Assembly (NCBI GenBank): GCA_963765765.1
Contig: CAVXYC010000001.1
Coordinates: 288,001 to 352,000 of the forward strand
Length of the DNA: 64,000 nucleotides
Direction of reading: 5' to 3'
DNA from: an uncultured Chloroflexia bacterium
Lineage (GTDB): Bacteria > Chloroflexota > UBA6077 > JACCZL01
The notes beneath the pieces are model-generated. The model was not told the origin of the DNA. It ran no database searches and saw only the letters and a program-made list of their open reading frames with translations. The position numbers and the translations under genes are program-made. Shown here piece by piece: positions 53,806 to 64,000 of this stretch. Numbering within the stretch: the first letter of the stretch is position 1; the number at the start of each line of letters is the position of its first letter.

Positions 53806-54073
53806 CCCATAGGAGCGCTCATTCTTCGAAGCATCCCGCGTTGTCATGGTGTCCTGGTAGCCAACGTTGATCCGCTCGTTTTGCGCTGACGCTGGCTGCG
53901 CGGGGTTTCGGACCTGAGCGCAATATCAACGTTCTATAAAAAAATCACACCGTGGTCCGATCAGTGCCTATTGTGTATGGAATTAGTCGTGTCGATGCGA
54001 TTGAATGAAGTGAGGAAATACGCCGGAAGAAGAATTCGACGCGAGACTCCTTCCGCACAGGAGAATCCGACAT

Positions 54074-54589
54074 ATGACCAAGAGAACGGCGCTGGTGGAA
54101 CAGGCCGGAGGAATCGTCGTCTGGGGCGACAAACTGATACTTCATCGGACCGACAAGCGAAACCTGATATTTCCCAAGGGACACGTAGAAGCTGGTGAAT
54201 CCACCGTCGAGGCGGCGGTGCGCGAGGTGGAGGAGGAGACAGGGCTGATTGCCGAGCCGATCGAGTGCGCCGGCACGGCGGAGTTCACGGAAGACGAGGA
54301 GATCCGTCGAGTCACCTACTTCGTGATGCAGGCTTGCCGTGAAACCCCTGAGTGGCGCAAACATTGTGGAACCGACGCGTTCCCGGTTCCGCTTGAGTGG
54401 GCAGATTCGCTCCTGAAGCATGAGCAGACTCGGGCGATCCTCGCCCCCGTGCTGCCGCGAGTGGAGCGGCTCGCTCACGCTGGGAACAGACGGAAGCGAT
54501 CAGCAGGACGCGAGGCCGTTTTGATGGGCGCGCCTCTGGGGTTGTCATCAATGGACCTGCAAGGTCTGCTTACGCCCACGCTAGATTAG
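54074..54589 (+). CDS. NUDIX hydrolase
   Basis: Nudix box FPKGHVEAGESTVEAAVREVEEETG. Confidence 0.9.
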   Translation: MTKRTALVEQAGGIVVWGDKLILHRTDKRNLIFPKGHVEAGESTVEAAVREVEEETGLIAEPIECAGTAEFTEDEEIRRVTYFVMQACRETPEWRKHCGTDAFPVPLEWADSLLKHEQTRAILAPVLPRVERLAHAGNRRKRSAGREAVLMGAPLGLSSMDLQGLLTPTLD

Positions 54590-55606
54590 CGCCAGGCGTC
54601 ATCATCCGGCGGTGATTGCGGCCACTCGGAGCCACGCTCCGAGAACCCGGCTATCTGGTGCGACGGCTCGCAGTCAAAGTACGGACCTTGCCCATCGCCC
54701 CCGATGCGAACTACTGAGAATTGAGCATTCTCAACGATGCTCATGCACACAGCCACGTCATGTCCGGTCGGGAGACTGACCGGACTGGTGAGCGGCCAGC
54801 GAATCCGAACCACGCTTCGCATAGGCGCTTCCAACATGGGTGGACGTGCGTGATCTCGCTCACATTGGAAATGGTGCTGGTGCAGCTCGAGGATGAGGGC
54901 TGATGCGAGGTTGCTGTGCATCCGTCGGTCTTGACTCTTTTCTCTAGTTTGTGAGGATTTTGACTGCGGCGAGAGGTGCAGCATTTTCGCGGTAACCGTA
55001 GCTACTTGAGCCGGCGCACTGGTTCGGACGCGGTGCACAAAACTCCCATCGAGTCAACGCCGATTCTTCGTTAACCGCGTAGCTCTTTGATGTCGGGGAG
55101 CCGAGCACGTCGGAACGAAATCCGCACCACTAATGAGAGATGGGCTCCGGCGAATGAGGCAACCCGGCTTGACTGATCTATCGAGGGCTAGTCCTGAAGC
55201 TGGCCGAGCAGAGAGCCCACTGTAGACGGTCGTAAGAGATCACGCTCCTCCGCGTTGCCGGGGCTGAGTGTGACTCCGCGGCCGCTTCCACGGCCTCTTC
55301 CGAGACTTTGCCGGATGACGAGCTCAGAATCGTGCCGAGTTTCGGTCCGGTAGCGGGCAATCCTCAGCCTGGTGATCCCGCCCAAGAAAATCCGCCATCA
55401 CACTCCTGAAAATTGCCATTGCTGAATGTAGTTTATATCTAGATACTACACACCGCTCGTGTGCGGGCCATCGATTCTGATCGAGCCTCTCAGTCGCAAA
55501 ATGACGGTGTCATTCGGTAAGCCCGGTCGGGCGAGACGAATCCGGCTGACAATGTGTTCATTGAGGGCTTGACTGACAATGCCTCTTGGTTGATTCCGAC
55601 GGAGAT

Positions 55607-56161
55607 CTAGGCGGGACGCGGAGCTCCGGAAAGGCGCCAGGCAGCACGCTCCTCGTAGCGATCACCGCGCAGCTCCAGCAACACGACCCGGTCAATAGTC
55701 CAGGGCTGCTCAAACCTCAAGCCGGCTGTGATTCGGCGAGTCTCTTCGAGGTCTCGCCGGGCGCCGTAGCGAATACAAGTCACGTGCCAGGTCCAGGTCT
55801 CTGGTCCCGAGAGCTTCAAATGCGTTCCATCGAATAGTCGGCGCCGAGCCGTATCCAGCTCCTGCGTATTTTCGACGCTGACGTAGAACGTGTGATCGGT
55901 GTTGTCCAGCTCGTGAACGTCATCCAGCGTGACAGTCACAGGGCGCGGGAACGCGCGTCTGATCTGGAGTCCGAGTGCCGCGGTCGCATTGGGTGCGCGA
56001 TAGCAGAGCGTCGCGTGAGGGGGAAGTCGCTGCGCTTGCTCGGGGTCGTGCTGTAGCCGAAACTCCTGGATTCGATCACCGGCAACACCGCTGACGACGG
56101 CTACGAGCACGCGCCGTGCAGCGGGTGAGTCATCTGACGGGGGTAAGCTTTGATTCGACAC
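55607..56161 (-). CDS. 2H phosphoesterase (2'-5' RNA ligase family)
   Basis: Two HxT motifs: PPHATL and WHVTC. Confidence 0.8.
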   Translation of the reverse strand: MSNQSLPPSDDSPAARRVLVAVVSGVAGDRIQEFRLQHDPEQAQRLPPHATLCYRAPNATAALGLQIRRAFPRPVTVTLDDVHELDNTDHTFYVSVENTQELDTARRRLFDGTHLKLSGPETWTWHVTCIRYGARRDLEETRRITAGLRFEQPWTIDRVVLLELRGDRYEERAAWRLSGAPRPA

Positions 56162-56691
56162 TGGCGCGCCGGCCTCTATTTAGAGCACCAGAGCGTGGCC
56201 ACAATCGAGATGGGTTGATCGGGTAGCTGCACACATCTCGCAAATGAGGCACAAGCTTCAGTGAGCGAAAGCCCGGGTGCTTCCTTCATCATGCCGCAGG
56301 AACAGGATGAAGTCGATAGAGCACGTTGCTCGTGACATTTGCTGATTCCACGGTGGCCTACTACCTCAGCTAATCTGCCATGAAGCGCCAGTGCCAGATT
56401 GCGTGTTCTCAATGCCGCGATCAACGCCCCGGCATTTCGGACCGCCGTAGCGGTGGACTTCCAGCCCATCCGCATAGCGAGGCGAAGTTCCACGAGCGAT
56501 GTCCATGCTCAGACGCAAGCCAATGGGACGCAACGCAAATGCACTTCGGTACGAGAATTGGTTGACGGAGGAGTAAGCGATGGGTAGCGTTAATGCGCAA
56601 ACACGGAGTGGGGGAGCGACTGCACGCGGGGATTGAAAACACGCTGACAGAGTGAGGCTTGTAGATCGGATACACGGCCAAAGGGGTTGCC

Positions 56692-57961
56692 ATGGCTCGT
56701 CGAAGCAGATCATCAGTGAGCGCCGGCGAAGTGAGTCGCCGAGGTTTCTTGCAGGTCCTTGTCGTGAGTGGAGGCGCGGCGCTTCTCTCCGCCTGTCAGT
56801 CGGCCCCCGCGGCCGCTCCCACAACTGCTCCCAAGCCTGCCGCCGAGCCGACGGCTGCGCCCGCCGCGGCTGCGCCCAAGGTGGCCCCAACCGCGGCGCC
56901 CGCACAGGCCGCCGCTGCCGCGGCTCCCGCGGAGTGGGACGAGATGCAGCGGCTTGCCAAACAAGAGGGCGAGGTCGTTATTTCCATGGGCCGCGCAGCA
57001 TCTCGCCAGATCAGCCCAGTCTTCAAGCAGTTCGAGGAGAAATTCGGCGTCAAGGTGACCGGCCTTATTGGCTCAGGTACCGAGAACGCGCAAAAAGTAA
57101 CGGCAGAGCGCGACACCGGGCTGTTCACCGTGGATGTCTGGATGGGCGGCCTCACGTCGATGAACACCCAGCTTGCGCCGCAGGAGCGCCATGGACCCGA
57201 TTGCACCGTACCTTGTGCTGCCCGAGGTCAAGGACGAAAAGCTCTGGTTCGGGGGCAAGCATCTGTACGGCGATAAGGATGGGAAGCTCATTTTCCTTTT
57301 CGCCGCCAGCCCCACCGCCTACCTCGCCTATAACACCAACATGGTGAAGGTTGACGAGATCCAATCCTGGTGGGACCTGCTGGATCCGAAGTGGAAGGGC
57401 AAGATCGTCGGTCGCGATCCAACAGTCGCCGGCACTGGGGGCAGCCTGCTTGGCTTCTATTTCACACCCAGCCTGGGCCAGGACTTCCTGAGGCGCCTGT
57501 ATACCGAACAGGAGATCGTGCTCACCAAAGATGGCCGTCAGGGTGCGGAGTGGCTGGCGTTGGGTAAGTACCCGTTGTACTTCATCCCGTCAGGCAGCGA
57601 TCCGGAGGAGGCCAAAGCGCAGGGCCTACCCGTGGACACGGTGGTGCGACCGATGAAGGAGGGCGCCTGGATCACCTCGGGCGGCACAGGCACCATCGCC
57701 CCGATGAACAAGGCTCCGCATCCTAACGCCGGCAAGCTTTTCATCAACTGGTGGCTGAGCAAGGAAGCTCAGTTAGCGTATATGAAGAACAATCCGATCG
57801 ATGAGTCCCTGCGTGAGGACATCTCCAAGGACGACGTGGACCCCGAGTATCGCCGCAAACCGGGCGTCAACTACATGCACCTGGACTCCGACCAGAACAT
57901 CATGGGCAAGGACGGTGAGCCGAACGAGTTCATGAAGAAGGTGATCGAAGCGCGGAGCTAA
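56692..57961 (+). CDS. Tat lipoprotein ABC substrate-binding protein (Fe3+/thiamine-like cluster), frameshift near 57185
   Basis: SRRGFL..LSAC, Pro/Ala linker, AKQEGEV, AYNT, DLLDPKWKGKI, APHPNAGKLFINW. Confidence 0.88.
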
Positions 57962-57978
57962 GTCCCAAGATCAGTCCG

Positions 57979-58064
57979 AGCCGCGCACGTGAGTAAGCGG
58001 TTCCTCTCGAGACAGCTCTGACTCCGGACGTCTCGAAAGGAGCCGCTTACTCACGTGCGCGGTT
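57979..58064. repeat. REP doublet (AGCCGCG-CACGTGAGTAAGCGG type)
   Basis: 33-bp inverted repeat 57981-58013 / 58030-58062 with 2 mismatches; related to 38309-38415. Confidence 0.8.
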
Positions 58065-58764
58065 CTGTCGCTTTGTGGGACCGCCGCAGGGAACCGCACC
58101 CTTATGGGCTGTGGCTGCGTTTTGCTTTCCGCAGCGTGGCGATGCCCGGGCTGATGCCACTGCCCGCGTAGCTGACTTCCTCACCCCGCCGCGGCGCGCC
58201 ACCTCCGCGCCCCAGCGCCGACCCACGCATCCCGTCCCGCGCGCCCGCTACGTAGCTCGGCGCACCAGGCGCTGCTGCTCGCGCGGCAGGTCCGCGTTCC
58301 ACCCGCCACCACCGCCAGTTTCACTCGTGCCACCCGTCTCGATAGCGCACCAGCACGCCATCGGTCTCCGCACCAGCTCGACCTGAGCCGATCGATGGGC
58401 CGACGGGGCCTTGGTCCGGCCACCGTGGCGGCGTCATCCTGGAGCTGGGCGTCGAGCGCCTCGCAGCGATTCGGTGAGGCGGCGCAGCTCTCGGCCTCAC
58501 CGGCACGGGTCAACGTGGCGAGCTGCGCGCGGCGTGGCGAGCGCAGAGGCGCCAGGGACACCAGCATGCTGGAGGCGGTGCTGCTGCGTTGCTGCGGCGG
58601 CACGCCGAGGTGGAGTGGGGCCGTCGATTAGTTGACTGAGCATCGAGCGTTAGGTAGCGTTTCGATATCCGCTAAATGAGTAGGAGGAAGCCGCGAAGGG
58701 CAGTCGAATACGTGCTGACTGGTTGAGACTTGTAGATCCGTCCACGGCCAAGGGGGAATTCACC

Positions 58765-60025
58765 ATGGCTCGTCGAATCAGATCACGAATTAGCGGTGGC
58801 GAAGTAGATCGCCGTTACTTCTTACAGGTGCTTGTCGCGAGTGGAGGCGCCGCGCTTCTGTCAGCCTGTCAATCGGCCCCCGCGGCCGCTCCGACAACTG
58901 CTCCCAAGCCAGCTGCCCCGCAGACGGCCGTCCCTGCGCCCGCGGTTTCGACGGCACCGCCAGCGCAAGCCGCCCCCGCCGCCGCCCCTCCTGCCGAATG
59001 GGAAGAGCTGCAACGCCTCGCCAAGCAAGAGGGCGAAGTCGTCATCTACATGGGTCGGGCGGCCTCCCGCCAGATCAGCCCGGTGTTCAAGCAGTTTGAA
59101 GAGAAGTTCGGCGTCAAGGTGACCAGTGTCATCGGCTCCGGTAGCGAGAACGCGGACAAAGTGGGCGCTGAGCGTGACACCGGCCTGTTCACCGGAGATA
59201 TCTGGATGGGCGGCCTCACCTCCATGAACACCCAGTTGGCGCCGAGAGGCGCGCTGGATCCGATCGCGCCCGTACATGTTGCTCCCCGAGATCAAGGACC
59301 AATCGCTCTGGTGGGGGGGTAAGCATCTCTACGGCGACAAGACTCAGAATCTCATCTTCCTGTTCGCCGCCAGTCCGCCATCCTACCTGGCGTACAACAC
59401 TCAGCTCGCCAAGGTGGATGAGATCCAATCATGGTGGGATTTGCTCGATCCCAAGTGGAAGGGCAAGATCGTGTCACGCGACCCGAGCGTAGCCGGCACG
59501 GGCGGAAGCATGGCGAGCTTCTACTTTACACCCAGTCTCGGACCCGAATTCCTGCGCAAGATTTACACCGAACAGGACGTCACACTCACTCGCGATGGGC
59601 GACAGGGCGCCGAGTGGCTGGCGCTCGGCAAGTACTCGCTCTACTTTGCCCCCGGGGGCAGCGATCCAGAGGAGCTAAAGGCGCAAGGTCTGCCCGTGGA
59701 CACGGTCATGCGACCGATGAAGGAGGGCGCCTGGGTAACCTCTGGCGGTACCGGCACCATCTCGCCGATGAACAAGGGGCCACATCCGAACGCCACCAAG
59801 CTATTCATCAACTGGTGGCTCGGCAAGGACGCTCAGCTAGCCTACCAGAAGGTCAATCCCATTGATGAGTCCCTCAGAGAAGACATCTCGAAGGACGACG
59901 TGATGCCCGAGTATCGTCGTCGCCCAGGCGTCCAGTACATGCACATTGATGCCAATGCCGACATCATGGGACGGGACGGGGAGCCGAATGAATATATGAA
60001 GAAGGTGCTCGAGGGTAGAACCTAA
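58765..60025 (+). CDS. Tandem paralog of the Tat lipoprotein substrate-binding protein, frameshift near 59270
   Basis: Highly similar to 56692-57961, including about 50 nt of upstream leader. Confidence 0.88.
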
Positions 60026-60046
60026 ACGCGGGCTGCCGCAGAGCGC

Positions 60047-60092
60047 CGGTTTCTCGAGATCGCCAACTTAGGGTCGCGATCTTGAGAAACCG
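60047..60092. terminator. 17-bp hairpin between convergent genes
   Basis: cggtttctcgagatcgc / gcgatcttgagaaaccg. Confidence 0.65.
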
Positions 60093-60138
60093 CGCCATTG
60101 TACGTGCACTCCAGCACTTCGCGCCCACCGTTGCCGGA

Positions 60139-61125
60139 TTATCTCGTGAGCTCGCTTCCCCGTAGCAGAGCCTTCTCCGCCTCCGCGACGATCCGCCCCA
60201 CAATTTCGGCCGCGGGCAAAACTTCGTGGATCATTCCCGCCGTCTGACCGGCAAACGGCAGAAGCTCGTGCAGCCGCCCCTGGCGGAGAGCCGAGACCAC
60301 CTCGCCGCGTATGCGCTCAGCTTCTTGCTGTGCCTCGTCGCGCCGGCCGCGCCACTTTTCCACAAATGGAGACGCGATCAGGCGCGGTACCACTGAATAC
60401 GCACTACCACTTGCCGGCGCGAAGAACGCCGACCACTCCTCGAATCGCGTGACCTCTTCAGACTCCGCCGCCAGGATGGCTTGTTTCCAATTCGCGTGGG
60501 CCGAGGTTTCTACGGATGCCAGGAACCTTGTGCCAATGTTCACGCCCTGCGCTCCCAGGACCAGCGCAGCCGCGAGCCCACGCCCGTCGGCGATCCCGCC
60601 TGCCGCCAGAACGGGGATGGGTGCTACCGCGTCCACGATCTGAGGTACGAGGGCCAGTCCACCAACTCCCAGGGCAGGTCCCTGACCACCGGCCTCACTA
60701 CCCTGGGCGACAATCGCGTCCACGCCGAGCTCTGCCGTCACACGCGACTGTTGCACGGTATGCACCTGGTGGACGACCAGAGCCCCTGCTTCGCGGGCGC
60801 GCCGTACGAGGTCTCCTGGGTCTCCAAGGGCGAATGAGATCACCTTGGGCCGGGCATCGAGCGTGAGAGAGAACGCCTCCTCGTTTAACGACGGCACGAC
60901 GTGATTCACCGCGAATGGCGCGTTCGTTAGCTGCCTCACACGCTCGATCTGTCTTCCGAGGCTCTCGGCCGACTCGTTGACCGCACCGATGCTGCCTAGG
61001 CCGCCGGCGTTCGATACGGCCGCCACAAGCTCCGGCGCGGATGCCGGCCAGATGGGTGCCTGCACGATTGGATGGTCGATGCCGAAGAGATCACATATTT
61101 GTGTGCGTAACATAGCCGTATCCAA
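60139..61125 (-). CDS. Nitronate monooxygenase family flavoenzyme
   Basis: PIVQAP, VSNAGGLG, AQGSEAGG, AAGGIADGRG, GTRF, FAGQ. Confidence 0.9.
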   Translation of the reverse strand: MDTAMLRTQICDLFGIDHPIVQAPIWPASAPELVAAVSNAGGLGSIGAVNESAESLGRQIERVRQLTNAPFAVNHVVPSLNEEAFSLTLDARPKVISFALGDPGDLVRRAREAGALVVHQVHTVQQSRVTAELGVDAIVAQGSEAGGQGPALGVGGLALVPQIVDAVAPIPVLAAGGIADGRGLAAALVLGAQGVNIGTRFLASVETSAHANWKQAILAAESEEVTRFEEWSAFFAPASGSAYSVVPRLIASPFVEKWRGRRDEAQQEAERIRGEVVSALRQGRLHELLPFAGQTAGMIHEVLPAAEIVGRIVAEAEKALLRGSELTR

Positions 61126-61145
61126 ATGAAGCGATACGCCGGAGG

Positions 61146-62075
61146 CTAAACCTCCGCGAAGAGCTCCTCCGCCGAGGGAGCGCTCGGAAGGATCTCCTGT
61201 TCAACGAGCGCTTTGACGAGCAGATCGATCGAGTGCTTGTTCGCCTTGACTCCGTACGGAAGCGGATCGCCACCAATGACCGAGGCCTGCCAGAGGATGC
61301 GCTCATCCGCGGGGGTGTTTGCCGTTCCCGCCTTCAACGCCCCGAGATAGACATCGCGCGATGCTTCGAAGAGTCGATAAAGCTCACCAGCGAGCCAGGG
61401 ATACTCATTGATGAGAGCGTCCTTGACCACCAGAAAGGAAACCAGCGGATAGTCCAGCGTGCGGCGATACGAGACCTCTTCCACAGGACGAGGATCCGGG
61501 ATGAGCAGCTTGACTCCGTCAGTCTGAGGCAGGCCACCAGCGATGCCGGCATCGATCTCCCCACCGATGAGCATGTCGTTGAGCTTCTTGCCCGCCGGCG
61601 CGCGTGAGACGATAAGCGGCTCGTGATACTCCGCCACGTGCGGGTCTTCGTACGAGACGTAGCGGATAGCCTTGAGGTCCACATCGTAATCCGTCCGCAG
61701 AACGATGCGGCCATAGACGCCGGTGGTGATAGTCCATGAGCCGACCCCAGCCGTTCGACCTTCCAGATCCTTCGGTTCTCGAATGCCGGAGGCCACGTTG
61801 TAGGCCATCACCCCATGATGGAAATGCCGATCCAGAAACACGGGTAGCGCCGTCACCGGCTTGCCCACGGATCGCGCAACCAGATAGGTCGTGGGTGACA
61901 TCTGGCACAGGTCATAGGCCTGGTCGCGCACCATTCGTGGATAGGCGTCATTCACGCGAGGCATATCGACAAACTCAAGCTGCACGCGATCGGATTGGAT
62001 GTCGCCATCCTTTAGCGCCTTTGTCCAGGGCGCCGTGGCCAGCACGGTGGAGAGTTTCAGTGGTGCTCCCGACAT
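61146..62075 (-). CDS. 4,5-dihydroxyphthalate decarboxylase-like (PBP2 fold) protein
   Basis: TKALKDG, ALPVFLDRHFHH, PKDLEGR, GEIDAGI, DPLPYGVKAN. Confidence 0.8.
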   Translation of the reverse strand: MSGAPLKLSTVLATAPWTKALKDGDIQSDRVQLEFVDMPRVNDAYPRMVRDQAYDLCQMSPTTYLVARSVGKPVTALPVFLDRHFHHGVMAYNVASGIREPKDLEGRTAGVGSWTITTGVYGRIVLRTDYDVDLKAIRYVSYEDPHVAEYHEPLIVSRAPAGKKLNDMLIGGEIDAGIAGGLPQTDGVKLLIPDPRPVEEVSYRRTLDYPLVSFLVVKDALINEYPWLAGELYRLFEASRDVYLGALKAGTANTPADERILWQASVIGGDPLPYGVKANKHSIDLLVKALVEQEILPSAPSAEELFAEV

Positions 62076-62171
62076 GTCAGGCTCCCCTGTGATTCATTGG
62101 TCGGACGGCACGAAGATCGACGAGATCGTCATGCCGGACTGCAGCTCGAGTGTACTCCTCGGCGGCCTCCG

Positions 62172-62204
62172 GCCTGGGAGACGGGGCGTCCCGCCGTCCC
62201 AGGC
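62172..62204. repeat. GC-rich REP-like hairpin
   Basis: gcctgggagacggggcgtcccgccgtcccaggc; similar to 4398-4429. Confidence 0.45.
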
Positions 62205-62229
62205 TTGCCGTTCTCTGCCTCGGTGCGCG

Positions 62230-62860
62230 CTAGCGACTCATGAGCCCGATCGCCTCGTCCACCGTCATCACCCGCGCGAAGAGCGGGAAGATCTCATTCA
62301 TATACATATCGAACACGGACTTGCGACCCGAGCTACAGGCGTCGCGCAGGATGATCTGATTGAAGTCCAGGTCTCTGGCCGCGCGAGCAGTGTTTGCGAG
62401 TCCCACCTCTACGGATCCCCCGGCGAGCATGAGCGTGTCGATGCCGGCGGTGCGCAGGCTCAGCTCGAAGTGCGTTTGAAAGAATGCGCTCCAACGATGC
62501 TTCTTGATAACGTAGTCGCCGGGTTGCGGAGCGATCTCGTTCAGGATCTCCGTCCCGGGGGCTCCAGCGATCGCCGCGGATGGGAGGCTCCGCTTGGGGC
62601 CGGAACCTGGCTCGCCGTGGATGCCCGCATCAACGATGAGTGACGCGGAATCGCGGAAGTCCGGCCGATGGTCAGCGCCCGGATAGAACACGGCAATTCC
62701 GGCAGCGCGACTGGCCGTGTTGATTCTCTTGAAGGCATTCGACAATTCCCGACGCCTCGACCTCGGCGCGCTTCACGGGGTCCTCGGGCTGGTAATACAG
62801 CTTCAGACAGTCAAAGAAGACCAGTGCCGTTTTTGATGGCTCGATCGGAAATTCGGGCAT
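62230..62860 (-). CDS. Isochorismatase-family hydrolase (frameshifted), paralog of the next gene
   Basis: KTALVFFDCL, IKKHRWSAF, NTARAARDLDF, LRDACS. Confidence 0.85.
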
Positions 62861-62884
62861 CGCTGTTTCCCTCTCTCTCCGAGA

Positions 62885-63514
62885 TCAGGCGTTGATCAAG
62901 GCGATCGCATCGTCCACATCCATCACGCGGGCGTAAATAGGAAACACGCGCGTCATGAATATGTCCTTTACTTCCGGGCGCATGGAGCTGCAGGCATCGC
63001 GCAGAACGATCTGGTTGAAATCCATATCACGGCCCGCGTAAGCGGTGCTGGCGATTCCCACTTCAATGGCACCGCCGGCCAGCAGAATGGTGTCGATGCC
63101 TGCTGTGCGTAGGCTGAGCTCGAAGTGCGTCTGGAAAAACGTGCTCCAGCGGTGCTTCTTGATAACGTAGTCGCCCGGCTGGGGGGCGATCTCGGGGATG
63201 ACCTGAGAGCCGGTGCTGTCTCCTACCACGGGCGGTGGCATGGTCTTTCTCGGTGGATCGCCCGGACTGCCCGTGTAGCCAAGATCAGCGATGTGCGGCG
63301 CAAAGTCTTTGTGGTCGGGGCGATGATCCGCCTGTGCATAGAACACCGAGATGCCCGCCTCACGACAGGCGGAATTGATTTTCTGGAGCGTTGGAATGAT
63401 TCCTGACGCGTCCACGGCGGCCTGCTTCTCAGGGTCGTCAGGATGCAAATAAATATTGAGACAGTCGAAGAAGAGCAACGCTGTCTTCGATGGGATGATC
63501 GGGAACTCAGCCAC
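62885..63514 (-). CDS. Isochorismatase-family hydrolase
   Basis: KTALLFFDCL, KKHRWSTF, AGGAIEVGIAST, LRDACS. Confidence 0.9.
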   Translation of the reverse strand: MAEFPIIPSKTALLFFDCLNIYLHPDDPEKQAAVDASGIIPTLQKINSACREAGISVFYAQADHRPDHKDFAPHIADLGYTGSPGDPPRKTMPPPVVGDSTGSQVIPEIAPQPGDYVIKKHRWSTFFQTHFELSLRTAGIDTILLAGGAIEVGIASTAYAGRDMDFNQIVLRDACSSMRPEVKDIFMTRVFPIYARVMDVDDAIALINA

Positions 63515-63606
63515 GGTGGACCTCCATGCGATTAGGCCTAAACATTGATGGATGGATTGTCGGAATTTCGAGCTGCTTCATCCACAGACGCAGCTCACAG
63601 GCTGTT

Positions 63607-64000
63607 TTACTGAACCGCGCGTTTGAGCACCGGTTCCTGCTTCGTCCAGAATTCAAACTCGCGCTCTTTGAGCTGTCGAAATTCGCGTGCTGAAACCGGG
63701 GACAGCTCGGACTCGAACCCCGACGTCTTTGTCCATTCGAGGAACGTCGGGTCCGCGGCAGCCCTGAGCGTGGCCCGCTCCAGTATGTCCAGGATCTCGG
63801 CTGGCGTGCCGGGCGGCGCCGCGAAGCCGGAACGCATCGCCCCAACGCCCTCGATGGTCTCTTGATTCGGCAATCCCAGCTCGCGTGCGTTGGGGACATC
63901 CGGAAGGAGCGGGCTCCGCCCGTCCTGTGGCCACAGGACGGCCACCGGTCGCGAGTCACCCGACTGAATAAAGGGCAGGCCGGATGACACGCCCGCATTG
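63607..64000 (-). CDS. Tripartite tricarboxylate transporter substrate-binding protein (TctC/Bug), 3' part
   Basis: RSPLLPDVPNARELG, GFAAPPGTPAEI, AAADPTF; runs off the window. Confidence 0.85.
   Translation of the reverse strand, partial: NAGVSSGLPFIQSGDSRPVAVLWPQDGRSPLLPDVPNARELGLPNQETIEGVGAMRSGFAAPPGTPAEILDILERATLRAAADPTFLEWTKTSGFESELSPVSAREFRQLKEREFEFWTKQEPVLKRAVQ

Noticed and set aside
56170-56640. tmRNA or RNase P RNA in the long intergenic region
   Set aside because: No tRNA-like ends and no GAGGAAAGUCC or other conserved signature
58070-58630. GC-rich ORF-like segment between the substrate-binding paralogs
   Set aside because: No consistent frame or recognisable family; possibly a decayed gene but not supportable
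57170-59290. Frameshifts at similar positions in both substrate-binding paralogs, suggesting recoding
   Set aside because: The two sites are several codons apart and show no slippery sequence

Overview
GC-rich bacterial chromosomal window, most likely Chloroflexota (inferred from the Pro/Ala-linker Tat solute-binding proteins, GAF-LuxR proteins, RsbU_N domain and Mo-hydroxylase paralogs). Many genes are split by single indels, which suggests long-read assembly errors, so frameshifted genes are not automatically called pseudogenes. Layout: (1) 0-15 kb catabolic and redox genes: xanthine-dehydrogenase-family Mo subunit, two crotonases, XRE-PBP regulator plus modA, a MetE-like enzyme, a vapBC toxin-antitoxin pair, IclR, Tat-exported aldo-keto reductase and flavodoxin, and gabD. 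(2) 15.9-34 kb an accessory signalling island. (3) 36-41 kb a small FabF/cyclase/FAD-oxidoreductase/methyltransferase cluster. (4) 41-50 kb a Zn/Mn ABC transporter with Fur-family regulator, an M23 peptidase and an HTH-MEDS-PAS histidine kinase with receiver. (5) 52-64 kb GH31, NUDIX, 2H phosphoesterase, tandem solute-binding proteins, nitronate monooxygenase, a decarboxylase-like protein, two isochorismatases and TctC. The main candidate for a new system is in the signalling island: five paralogs of a ~90-100 aa protein I cannot assign to a family ('protein X'), each next to a receiver-less LuxR regulator. Three of these modules carry a conserved leader whose inner stem changes sequence but keeps pairing. 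The window also holds several REP/REPIN-like doublets and cargo flanked by diverged direct repeats. I found no rRNA, tRNA, CRISPR array or intact transposase.
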